Below, piece after piece: positions 54,366 through 63,285 of a stretch of 64,000 nucleotides of DNA (position 1 is its first letter; each line of letters begins with the position of its first letter). Source of the DNA: a candidate division FCPU426 bacterium. GTDB lineage: Bacteria; Oederibacteriota; Muellerivitia; Muellerivitales; Muellerivitaceae. Location of the stretch: NCBI GenBank assembly GCA_963719085.1, contig CAVRAL010000004.1:1024001-1088000 (forward strand), written 5' to 3'. The notes below the pieces were generated by a model. That model did not search any database and had not been told where the DNA came from. It saw nothing but the letters and a program-made list of their open reading frames with translations. The translations under genes were made by a program, and so were the position numbers.

Positions 54366-56623
54366 AAGTGACGCCTAAAAAATCCTCATCCTTGCCTTTG
54401 GCGTGGGTCGAAAAGGGCTCTTTGTTTTTTTATTTGGCCATTGTTTTAGGGGCCTTCGCGCCTTGTCTTTTCCGAGGCGAGGCTTATTTTGGCGACGATT
54501 TGCTGTCCACCTTCGGACCTTTACGGGCTTTCTTTAAAAACGCTTTGGAACAAGGGCATTGGCCCCTTTGGTCCCCGACTCTTTTTGGGGGCCAGCCCTT
54601 TTGGGCGCATCCGGACGTCATGGGCTTATATCCTTTCTCGCTTTTTTTGCTTTTTCTGCCGGCGGGTTTGGGCGCGGGAATTTTTTACGCGCTCCATCTT
54701 TTCGCCGCGTTGACAGGCATGCACCTATGGATTAAAAGCCTGGGTCTTTCGGAAAAGGCCGGCCGTGTTGGGGCGTTGATATTCGGCCTTTCGGGTTTTT
54801 TTTGGTGGGAAATTATTCATCCGCCTATTTTAGCGGCTTTCGCGTGGCTGCCGTGGTGGGGTTGGGGTTTGGAATGTTTGGCCCGAACCCTTAAACGGAG
54901 ATGGGCCTTCACTGCCGGGTTATTTTTTTGTCTTATCTTTATCAGCGGAAGTTTTCAAGTGACTTTGGGCGCGCTTTACGCCGGCGGGTTTTATTTTTTA
55001 ATCAGGTTTATGAAGGGGCCCTTAGCCGGCGGGCGGGTGGACTGGAAAAAGATCACGGGCTTGGTCTTGACCCTTCTCTGGGGGTCGTCGCCTTTATGGG
55101 CCCTCTGGATTCCGGCTTCGGAATTTTTAGCGCGCTCCACCCGCGTCGCCCAATCGGTTGATTTTGAGAACTTTAACGCGGATCTTTCCTTGGCGCCGCA
55201 GGGCGTGGTTCAATTTCTTTTCCCAACAGCAGCCTTTAACTCAACCGGAGCGCCGCTTCCTTATCAAGCTCTTCTTGGAAACGCGGGCTTTTTGGGGCTA
55301 TGGGCATTTTTTATGATTGGGTTCGCTTTTCAGGGAAAAGGGAAAGTGGCGGCGAGGTGGGCGGCGGGAGCGGCGGGGATAAGCTTATTGATCGCCTTGG
55401 GTAAAAACTTTCCGCTTTTTCGACTGCTTTGTGAATTCGTGGCCGGTTTTGGCTTTACCCGGGCGCCTTTTCGTTTTTTGTTTCTTTTTGTGGCGGCAGG
55501 CTCGATTTTGGCGGCCTTGGGTTGGTCCCGTTTGGAGGCGCTATCCGGAAAGGATCGAAAAAAATACCGATTTTGGCTTCTGGGCTATGGGCTTCTTTTG
55601 TCCGGGGCGGGATTCGGATTTTTCTCAAGCGAAGCGGGGATGCTTTTGGGTTTTTGGGGGGGCGGGGCCGGTTTGATGTTGTGGTTGTGGGACTCCCGGT
55701 TTTCAAAAAATGGAAGTTGGATTTTCCTGGGAAGTTTCGCCCTTTCCATGATCCTGAGCGGATGGCATACAACCCTCTCCCTGCGGGGGCCAAATTCCAA
55801 TTTTGATTTCCCCAAAAACCGGCCGGAACTATTGGAACTCAAGCAAAAGACCGGATTGGGGCGAGCGTTTATTGGCGATGGCATCCCTTACCCGGTTGAG
55901 TCCCAGGAAAGGGTTTTTAATGTTGCGCTTCCCACGAATGTGGCCTATGCCATCGGGTTGCGTCATGTAAAGGGTTATACCCCGCTGTCCCTCTGGAAAA
56001 CGTCCCAAGTTTTTGAAATGCCCATCCTTACCTTGAGCCGGCTCATGGCCGTCCAATCGATCGCCACGGGAACGAAAAAAGCCTTTTCGCCGCCGGGGTT
56101 CGCCGAGGAACAAGCGGGGCCGGTTTATTTTTATTACGCCCAAAAGCCCTTTCCCTATGTGTACGCGCCCGAGCGGTTTGAGGTCGTCCCGTCGGGCGAG
56201 CGGCGGCTTACCTTGATGGGTCAAAAAGATTTTAATCCCTATCTCTTGAGCTATTTATCGGACGCTCCACCGACGGAAGCGCCGGCTGCCGATTTGCCCA
56301 AACCGGATGAGTTAACCTATCAGTTGACCCGGGATGACCCGGATGAGCAGGTGTTCCAAGTTCAAAGGAAGCAAAGCGGTTGGACGGTTTTCAGTGAGGT
56401 GGTTTATCCGGGATGGAAGGTTTGGGTGGACGGGAAGCGGACGGCGCTGTTGACGGCCAACCATGTTTTTCGAACGGTGTATGTGCCGGCGGGGGAGCAT
56501 GAAGTAAGGTTCAGTTATGAGCCGGTTTGGTGGACGCCGATCCGCGCGGGGCTTTGTCTTTGGCTTTTGTCGGTGCTGGCTCTCGTTTGGCGCCCCTGGC
56601 GCCAATGGGCTTGGGGAAATTGA
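54356..56623 (+). CDS. YfhO-family protein, copy 2 (track start 54254)
   Basis: Same motifs as copy 1; ATG 5 nt after the previous stop. Confidence 0.85.
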   Translation: MKTKVTPKKSSSLPLAWVEKGSLFFYLAIVLGAFAPCLFRGEAYFGDDLLSTFGPLRAFFKNALEQGHWPLWSPTLFGGQPFWAHPDVMGLYPFSLFLLFLPAGLGAGIFYALHLFAALTGMHLWIKSLGLSEKAGRVGALIFGLSGFFWWEIIHPPILAAFAWLPWWGWGLECLARTLKRRWAFTAGLFFCLIFISGSFQVTLGALYAGGFYFLIRFMKGPLAGGRVDWKKITGLVLTLLWGSSPLWALWIPASEFLARSTRVAQSVDFENFNADLSLAPQGVVQFLFPTAAFNSTGAPLPYQALLGNAGFLGLWAFFMIGFAFQGKGKVAARWAAGAAGISLLIALGKNFPLFRLLCEFVAGFGFTRAPFRFLFLFVAAGSILAALGWSRLEALSGKDRKKYRFWLLGYGLLLSGAGFGFFSSEAGMLLGFWGGGAGLMLWLWDSRFSKNGSWIFLGSFALSMILSGWHTTLSLRGPNSNFDFPKNRPELLELKQKTGLGRAFIGDGIPYPVESQERVFNVALPTNVAYAIGLRHVKGYTPLSLWKTSQVFEMPILTLSRLMAVQSIATGTKKAFSPPGFAEEQAGPVYFYYAQKPFPYVYAPERFEVVPSGERRLTLMGQKDFNPYLLSYLSDAPPTEAPAADLPKPDELTYQLTRDDPDEQVFQVQRKQSGWTVFSEVVYPGWKVWVDGKRTALLTANHVFRTVYVPAGEHEVRFSYEPVWWTPIRAGLCLWLLSVLALVWRPWRQWAWGN

Positions 56624-56628
56624 AAGGG

Positions 56629-58902
56629 ATGAAAACAAGGATTCAATCCCGTGTATTAGAAGCTCCGTCCTTTTGGAGAATTGACCGAGCGTCCCTGGTT
56701 TTTTATGGGGTTCTAGTGGTGACCGCCTTTTACCCCGGCTTATTTTTGCGCCAAGCTTACTTTGAGGGCGACCTCATCGCCCAATATATCCCCAGTTGGG
56801 ATTTTCTCAAAAACTGCGTTTTTCAGGGCCATTGGCCCTTATGGTGCCCGATGCTTTTCGGCGGACAGCCCTTCGCGGCGGATCCCAACTGCATGGTCTT
56901 TTATCCCCCGGCTTATCTTTATTGGATCCCCCCACGGGCTTTAGGCGCGGGACTTTATGACGGGATGCACCTTCTGCTCGCGTTTCTGGGCGCGCATCTC
57001 TGGGTTCAAAGCGCCGGTTATTCAAACAAAGCCTGCCGATTGGGAGCCGTTCTTTACGGTCTCGCGGGGTTCTTTTGGTGGGAAATGATCCATCCGCCCA
57101 TTTTGACCGAGTACGCGTGGCTTCCTTGGGAAGGATTCTGTTTGGATCGGTTTTCGCGAACCTGGGAGAAGCGCTGGGCTTTCGTGGCGGGATTTTCATT
57201 GGCGCTTCTTTTTTTGTCCGGCAATTTTCAGATTTTTTTGGGGGCCGTCTATGGGGGGGCGGTTTATTTTTTTTTCCGGGTCTGGGAAGAGTCCCGCGGG
57301 CCTCAGATCGAGATCGGCTGGAAAAATTTTTTTTCATTCGGGATGCTGGGGGTTTGGGGGGCGGCGCCTTTACTCGTTTTGGCGGTGCCTTTTTTTGAGC
57401 TCTCAGGTTATTCGGGACGAGTCCACCAAGTTTTCGACTATGTCCATTTCAACGCGGATCTATCGGACAATCCAAGAATGCTTTTTAAATTCCTGTTTCC
57501 TTCCCAGGCTTGGGGGCCGGGCCAGTATTCGTTTTCCTATCTCAGCCTATTGGAAGACGCCGGATATTTAGGTATTTGGTTTCCTTTTTTATTTTTTTTC
57601 GCCTATCAAAATATTCGGCGATCCGCTTGGTTTTGGTCCGTTTTCGGGGCTTCGGGACTTTTACTGGCGATGGGCCAATATACGCCCTTCCATCGTTGGC
57701 TTTGCGAGAGTGGACTTGGTTTTGCGTTCGTGCGGGCGCCTTACCGGTTTGTGCATCTTTATATTGTGGCCGGTGTTTTTTTGGCGGTTTCAGGCTGGGA
57801 ATTTTTGGAAACGCGAAGACCGAAAGAATTGAAATCTATCGGAATCGGAATGCTTTTTTACGCGGCGTTGATGTCGGCGCTGGGGACTCTCTTTTTCCAA
57901 GGAGGCCCTGCCTGCGCGGCGGGCCTTTTGCTGGGAGTGCTGGGGTTTTGGATTTGGTTTCAAGCGGCCTCCCCTCGGCAGTCGGGTTTTGGCCAATGGA
58001 TTTTTGTCGTAGGCCTGGCCCTTTCCATGATCCTCAGCGGATGGCGGACTTGTCCTTCGCGGCTTGGCCCGGAGTCGAATTTTGATTTCGCCAAAAACCG
58101 GCCGGAGCTATTGGAGCTTAAACAAAGGACCGGGTTGGGCCGCACTTTTATTGACGGGGATATTGACTATCCCCTGGAGACAGGCGGAAAAATTTTAATT
58201 GGAAAACTTCCGCCGGACGCGGCTGACTCGCTGGGAATCCGTGACGCGCAAGGGTACAACCCGATCGAGCTTTGGAAGACCGCCCAGGTTTTTGGGCTTC
58301 CATTTCAGAATGTGGCGCGGTTATGGGCGCTCCAATCGATCGCCACGGGAACGAAAAAAGCCTTTTCGCCGCCGGGGTTTGCCGAGGAACAGGCGGGGCC
58401 GGTTTATTTTTATTACGCCCAAAAGCCCTTTCCCTATGTGTACGCGCCCGAGCGGTTTGAGGTCGTCCCGTCGGACGAGCGGCGGCTTACCTTGATGGGT
58501 CAAAAAGATTTTAATCCCTATCTCTTGAGCTATTTATCGGATGCTCCACCGACGGAAGCGCCGGCTGCCGATTTGCCCAAACCGGATGAGTTAACCTATC
58601 AGTTGACCCGGGATGACCCGGATGAGCAGGTGTTCCAAGTTCAAAGGAAGCAAAGCGGTTGGACGGTTTTCAGTGAGGTGGTTTATCCGGGATGGAAGGT
58701 TTGGGTGGACGGGAAGCGGACGGCGCTGTTGACGGCCAACCATGTTTTTCGAACGGTGTATGTGCCGGCGGGGGAGCATGAAGTAAGGTTCAGTTATGAG
58801 CCGGTTTGGTGGACGCCGATCCGCGCGGGGCTTTGTCTTTGGCTTTTGTCGGTGCTGGCCCTCGTTTGGCGGCCCTGGCGCCAATGGGCTTGGGAAAGCT
58901 GA
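56629..58902 (+). CDS. YfhO-family protein, copy 3 (track start 56527)
   Basis: Same motifs; mosaic of copy 1-like and copy 2-like tracts. Confidence 0.85.
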   Translation: MKTRIQSRVLEAPSFWRIDRASLVFYGVLVVTAFYPGLFLRQAYFEGDLIAQYIPSWDFLKNCVFQGHWPLWCPMLFGGQPFAADPNCMVFYPPAYLYWIPPRALGAGLYDGMHLLLAFLGAHLWVQSAGYSNKACRLGAVLYGLAGFFWWEMIHPPILTEYAWLPWEGFCLDRFSRTWEKRWAFVAGFSLALLFLSGNFQIFLGAVYGGAVYFFFRVWEESRGPQIEIGWKNFFSFGMLGVWGAAPLLVLAVPFFELSGYSGRVHQVFDYVHFNADLSDNPRMLFKFLFPSQAWGPGQYSFSYLSLLEDAGYLGIWFPFLFFFAYQNIRRSAWFWSVFGASGLLLAMGQYTPFHRWLCESGLGFAFVRAPYRFVHLYIVAGVFLAVSGWEFLETRRPKELKSIGIGMLFYAALMSALGTLFFQGGPACAAGLLLGVLGFWIWFQAASPRQSGFGQWIFVVGLALSMILSGWRTCPSRLGPESNFDFAKNRPELLELKQRTGLGRTFIDGDIDYPLETGGKILIGKLPPDAADSLGIRDAQGYNPIELWKTAQVFGLPFQNVARLWALQSIATGTKKAFSPPGFAEEQAGPVYFYYAQKPFPYVYAPERFEVVPSDERRLTLMGQKDFNPYLLSYLSDAPPTEAPAADLPKPDELTYQLTRDDPDEQVFQVQRKQSGWTVFSEVVYPGWKVWVDGKRTALLTANHVFRTVYVPAGEHEVRFSYEPVWWTPIRAGLCLWLLSVLALVWRPWRQWAWES

Positions 58903-59623
58903 GATCGAGCGGGACGGCTTTTTCCAGCCAAGCGCCCTTTAAATCGACCCGGGCACGGTAAGCCCGGACGGTGACTTTGGTTTTCACGATATCCCGTAAA
59001 GTTTTTCCAAAAAGAGGATCGGTATCATCCTTGGGTCCCACGGCTTTTCCATAAGCGTTTTGAAGAATGAAAAAAACAAAACTTTTGGTGTGGGGTCTTC
59101 GGCTTAAAGATTTTAATTCCCTCAAATGTTTGGAGGCGCGCTCGGAAGGCGCGTCCGGAAAACGTCCCACGCCTTTGGAGTCCACCAGCGTCACGCATTT
59201 CACCTCGATCCAGGCTTTGGCATTCGAACCAGGATTTGAGGCTTGGAAGTCAAAACGGGTATGGGCGCTCAAGGGGACTTCGGCTTTTAAAAACCGGTAA
59301 TCCGTCAACTCAGGGATTTTTTTGAGCTTCCAAGCTTCGGCCAAGAGTTTGGGCGCCAGATTGGCCTCGATGCAGACCCACTTTTCTCGGTAAAAAGCCA
59401 AGCGGATGGAATAGCGGGTTTTGCGCGGCGCGCCGGACTTGAGCGGATCACCCCGATGATCCACCAACGCGACCTTCGCGCCCGGGGCCAGCAGCTCCTT
59501 CAGCCTGCCGGAATTGGTGACGTGGCAATATTCCAGCCGGCCGCCGACCCTCACCGTGGCTCCAAAACGATGGAGTCTTTCCCGAAAAATCCCTAAAACC
59601 AATCCGCCTTCAGGCCAATTCAA
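58790..59623 (-). CDS. sfsA: Sugar fermentation stimulation protein A (PD-(D/E)XK nuclease-like)
   Basis: HVTNSGRLKELL, RFDF, IEVKCVTL, FPDAPSERASKHLREL, DPLF. Confidence 0.92.
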   Translation of the reverse strand: MNWPEGGLVLGIFRERLHRFGATVRVGGRLEYCHVTNSGRLKELLAPGAKVALVDHRGDPLKSGAPRKTRYSIRLAFYREKWVCIEANLAPKLLAEAWKLKKIPELTDYRFLKAEVPLSAHTRFDFQASNPGSNAKAWIEVKCVTLVDSKGVGRFPDAPSERASKHLRELKSLSRRPHTKSFVFFILQNAYGKAVGPKDDTDPLFGKTLRDIVKTKVTVRAYRARVDLKGAWLEKAVPLDLSFPKPIGARAAKRGPAPTKAKDKAPRGSASTKPAHN

Positions 59624-60447
59624 TCCCGTTTCATCGCTTCCAGCGCGGCGATCCGATCCTCGATCGGGGGATGGGTCATAAAAAGCGAGGATAGATTCCG
59701 CCCGGTGAAGGGACTCTCAATAAAGAGATGGGCCGAGGATTCGGAAACTTGGGTGGGATTCGCCTCAATCCCGCGGTGGATGCCTTTCAAGGCGGAGATC
59801 ATCTGGTCGGGCGTGGTGAGCTGGGCCCCGCCCTGGTCGGCGCCGAATTCCCGGGACCGGGAAATGGCCAGTTGGATGAGGCTGGCCGCCAAAGGCGCGA
59901 TCAACATCACGGCCAACATCGCGAGGGGGTTGCCTTCCCGGTCGTCCCGTCGGCCCCCGAAAAAGTAAAATAAATTGCAAAGCATCATGACGGCCCCGGC
60001 GAAGGTGGCCGCTACGCTCATGGTGAGGATGTCGCGGTTTTTGACATGGGTAAGCTCATGGCCCAAGACGGCTTTCAACTGATTTCGGTTGAGGGTTTGG
60101 AGTATCCCGGAAGTCACGCAAACGGCGGCATGCCCGGGATCGCGCCCGGTGGCGAAGGCGTTGGGGGAGTCATCTTCCATAATGTAAAGCTTGGGCATGG
60201 GCAGGCCCGCCTTTTGGGTCAATTCTTCCACCACGCCGTAAAGCTCGGGCGATTCCTGAGGGCTCACCGCCCGGGCCCGGTTGCCCGCCAAGACCATCGA
60301 GTCGGAAAAGAAGTACATAAAGAAGTTGCTGAGCGCGGCGATCATAAAGGCGACCACCATGCCCGATTGGCCCCCGACGAAGTAGCCCACCAGAAGCGCG
60401 AAAGTCATGAGCAGCATCATTAAAAGGAAGGTCTTAAAGTAATTCAT
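59620..60447 (-). CDS. htpX: Membrane zinc metalloprotease HtpX (M48; track start 60516)
   Basis: PNAFATGRDP, HELTH, ISRSREFGAD, THPPIEDRI. Confidence 0.95.
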   Translation of the reverse strand: MNYFKTFLLMMLLMTFALLVGYFVGGQSGMVVAFMIAALSNFFMYFFSDSMVLAGNRARAVSPQESPELYGVVEELTQKAGLPMPKLYIMEDDSPNAFATGRDPGHAAVCVTSGILQTLNRNQLKAVLGHELTHVKNRDILTMSVAATFAGAVMMLCNLFYFFGGRRDDREGNPLAMLAVMLIAPLAASLIQLAISRSREFGADQGGAQLTTPDQMISALKGIHRGIEANPTQVSESSAHLFIESPFTGRNLSSLFMTHPPIEDRIAALEAMKRD

Positions 60448-60609
60448 CAAAAAATCCCCCGGAAAAAGAGTTGGAACAACACCGCTAAACTTAGTCATCC
60501 GGGGGGGCCAAATCAAGCCGGGAATGAGGGCAAAAACGGGAAAAACCCTAAGAAAAGTGTTTTTGAGTGGTCACGGGAAAGCGGGCCTTTATGGTATGAT
60601 CACAGGCAC

Positions 60610-61695
60610 TTGAAGCCGTCTTATCCCTTACTTTCGAGGTCTTCCATGTTTGAACGTAAAAGTCTTCTGTTATGGATGTTGTTATTGGTTTTCGGCGTGA
60701 CGCCCAAAATTTCCTGGGGCCAGGTTCCAAACCCCGGACAAGCGGCCGCCGACTTCGCGGCACAGGCCCAAACGGACTTCCAAAATGTGTCGACTTTTAT
60801 CAACAACCAGTTCGCCCCAAACCTGGGTTTTTTTTCCACCTTGGGATGGAACACGCCGCCGACGGTTTTTAATTGGACCAGCGTGTCGGGTCCCCATATT
60901 GAGGTGGGCGCCGGTGTGGGCGCTGATTTTTTCAAAATTTCCAGCGCGCCCTTGACCCTCAACGTTTTGACGAACAGCTCCGAAAGCAATCCGGGCCAAG
61001 AACTTAATAACGCGATCCAGGGTGTGGGACTCCCGGGCCTTCCGGTCCCTTATCCTTTCGCCACCATCCGGCTCGGCCTTTTCGAGGGATTGGATATCGG
61101 CTTTCGCTATACCGAAATTCCAAGTGTGGCCGTCAACACCTCCACCTATAACGTGACGGCCCATTACACCGGTTATGGGTTTGATTTAAGGTACAAGCTG
61201 ATCCAAGGGCATGACCTGCCCAACTTGACGATGGGGGTTCATTGGAACACGCTCAACGGCAACATCTCTTTGGGGGCTTCCGCCAACCAAACTTCCACCT
61301 ATACGGATTCGGGATCGACTTACGACGTAAATGTCGCCGGGAACGCCATTTACGATGAATCTTGGAAGATCAACGACTTTGGGCCTGAATTGACGATGGG
61401 TTATAACTTGCTCGGTATTCTTTATCCTTACGCCGGAATTGGATTTGAGCGTTATTCCGGAAGTGTCTCGGCGAACCTTCAGGGAAGCGTGACGGTTACG
61501 GCCTCCACCCGGCCGCCAGATCCACCTGGATCGAGCCAAGCCAATGTCCCGATGAATTACGTCAACACGCAAGCGCCGGCTACCACGGAAGTTCATTATC
61601 TCGTCGGGGTGGATATCCTGTCCTTCTGGAGCGTGGTGGGCGAGGCCAATGGTCCGGCGGAGTCGCTGAATACCAGTTTCCGGATGCAGTTTTAA
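60610..61695 (+). CDS. Putative outer-membrane beta-barrel protein (start could be ATG 60646)
   Basis: Signal-like N-terminus, alternating beta-strand pattern, YPYAGIG, terminal Phe (FRMQF). Confidence 0.6.
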   Translation: MKPSYPLLSRSSMFERKSLLLWMLLLVFGVTPKISWGQVPNPGQAAADFAAQAQTDFQNVSTFINNQFAPNLGFFSTLGWNTPPTVFNWTSVSGPHIEVGAGVGADFFKISSAPLTLNVLTNSSESNPGQELNNAIQGVGLPGLPVPYPFATIRLGLFEGLDIGFRYTEIPSVAVNTSTYNVTAHYTGYGFDLRYKLIQGHDLPNLTMGVHWNTLNGNISLGASANQTSTYTDSGSTYDVNVAGNAIYDESWKINDFGPELTMGYNLLGILYPYAGIGFERYSGSVSANLQGSVTVTASTRPPDPPGSSQANVPMNYVNTQAPATTEVHYLVGVDILSFWSVVGEANGPAESLNTSFRMQF

Positions 61696-61731
61696 CCGTT
61701 TCGGGCCTCGGGGTCAAAAAAGTGAGCGCCG

Positions 61732-61944
61732 ATGGGAACGACTAAGAAAATCAACCGTATCTCTTATGTCGATCAAAATGAGTGCACGGGATGCGAAGCC
61801 TGCGTGATTACCGCGCCGAAAGTTTTTCGCATGACGCCGACCGGACTTTCGGAAGTTTATGACCCCCAAGGCGATCGGGAGGACCTTATCCAGGAAGCCA
61901 TGGAAGGGTGTCCCGTTAACTGCATCCACTGGAAAAAACCATGA
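61732..61944 (+). CDS. Single-cluster [4Fe-4S] ferredoxin
   Basis: CTGCEAC...CPVNCIHW. Confidence 0.92.
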   Translation: MGTTKKINRISYVDQNECTGCEACVITAPKVFRMTPTGLSEVYDPQGDREDLIQEAMEGCPVNCIHWKKP

Positions 61945-62411
61945 CCGAATCCCAACAACCCATGCGCACCGGGTGGATGGAAAAAAGGCAGCAAGAACGC
62001 ATTGACGCCAGCATCAAGGTGTCTTACCACTGGGTGCCTAAGGACGATTTGCTGGAGGTCATGAACCAGCCCGCTTACCGGGAATCCACCGCCGACCATT
62101 TGCCGGAACTTTCCAAAAAATCCAGCGTCATCCACGCCGTCACCCAGGACATCTCGGTGGGGGGGTTAAGTTTGGTGGGCCAGGAAGCTTTTCCGCTCAA
62201 CTCGGCTTTGGAAGTGCACCTTTATTTACCGGCTTATCCCAGCCCGGTCACGCTTTTGGCCGAGGTCATGCGTTCCAGCGTTTTGGCGGCCGGCGTGAAT
62301 GGGCAATCCCACCGGGCGGGCCTCAAGATTTTGGCCATCAACCGCAAGGACGTCATCCGCATCGAGAAGTTTTTACTGGAACAAAAACTTCGTCAGAAGC
62401 ATGGCCGCTAA
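61941..62411 (+). CDS. PilZ-domain c-di-GMP receptor
   Basis: RQQER (RxxxR) and DISVGG (DxSxxG). Confidence 0.88.
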   Translation: MTESQQPMRTGWMEKRQQERIDASIKVSYHWVPKDDLLEVMNQPAYRESTADHLPELSKKSSVIHAVTQDISVGGLSLVGQEAFPLNSALEVHLYLPAYPSPVTLLAEVMRSSVLAAGVNGQSHRAGLKILAINRKDVIRIEKFLLEQKLRQKHGR

Positions 62412-63285
62412 CCCGCCTTCCTCATTTAAGATCATTTCCACTGAAAAAGCCGCCGGCTATAAGATCGCGGGCCATCCCGAGCATCCCATGCGGGTGCTCA
62501 AAACACTCGAACATTTAAAAAAGCGGCTTCCCGCCTCAAGCTTTGAGGAGCCGCTTGCCGCGTCCTTGGAATCGGTTCAAAGGGTCCATGGGCCTGATTT
62601 AATCGCGGCGGTCTCCCGGGAAGCTTTTTTGGATCCGGACACTCCGGGAGCGCCCGGAATCTTCGCTTGCAGCCTGCTCGCGGCGGGGGCGGCCGCGCAG
62701 GCGGCCCGGGAAAGCCTGAACGGCGCGCCTGTTTTTTCCTTGATGCGCCCGCCGGGCCACCACGCCGCGCCCGGCCAAGGCATGGGTTTTTGCTATTTCA
62801 ACTCGATGGCCATCGCCATTCAAGACTTGGTTCATTCGGGGATGGCGCGCAAAATCGCCGTATTGGATCTGGATTGCCACCACGGCAACGGGACCGAGGC
62901 TTTTTGTTCGGGGAAAAACGAGTTTCTTTATGTATCCTTGCACCAGTTTCCGGCTTATCCGGGAACGGGATTAAAATCCTCGGGCAATTGCCTCAATTAT
63001 CCCTTGCCGCCGGGAACCCGCGCGGTGGATTATTTTGGCGTCTTGGAAAAGGCCATGGCGAAGATCCGCGATTTTAAACCGGACCTGATCGGCCTTTCCA
63101 TGGGGTTCGACACTTACGAGAAAGACCCCCTGACCCAATTCGGCTTAAAAAAAGACGATTATGAAAGCTTGGGACAAAAGATGAGGGAATTCCGCCTTCC
63201 CCAATTCGCCTTGTTGGAGGGCGGTTATCACAGCGACCTGCCTGAGTTGGTGGAATCTTTTCTGACCGGATGGGAGAGGGTATGA
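62401..63285 (+). CDS. Histone deacetylase-family (AcuC/APAH-like) zinc deacetylase (track start 62299)
   Basis: HPEHP.R, RPPGHHA, GFCYFN, DLDCHHGNGT, SLHQ..YPGTG, LEGGY. Confidence 0.93.
   Translation: MAANPPSSFKIISTEKAAGYKIAGHPEHPMRVLKTLEHLKKRLPASSFEEPLAASLESVQRVHGPDLIAAVSREAFLDPDTPGAPGIFACSLLAAGAAAQAARESLNGAPVFSLMRPPGHHAAPGQGMGFCYFNSMAIAIQDLVHSGMARKIAVLDLDCHHGNGTEAFCSGKNEFLYVSLHQFPAYPGTGLKSSGNCLNYPLPPGTRAVDYFGVLEKAMAKIRDFKPDLIGLSMGFDTYEKDPLTQFGLKKDDYESLGQKMREFRLPQFALLEGGYHSDLPELVESFLTGWERV

Noticed and set aside
52062..58902. Diversity-generating retroelement (template/variable repeats) in the YfhO or GH30 duplicates
   Set aside because: No reverse transcriptase is present, differences are few and not adenine-specific, and all copies are inside full genes.
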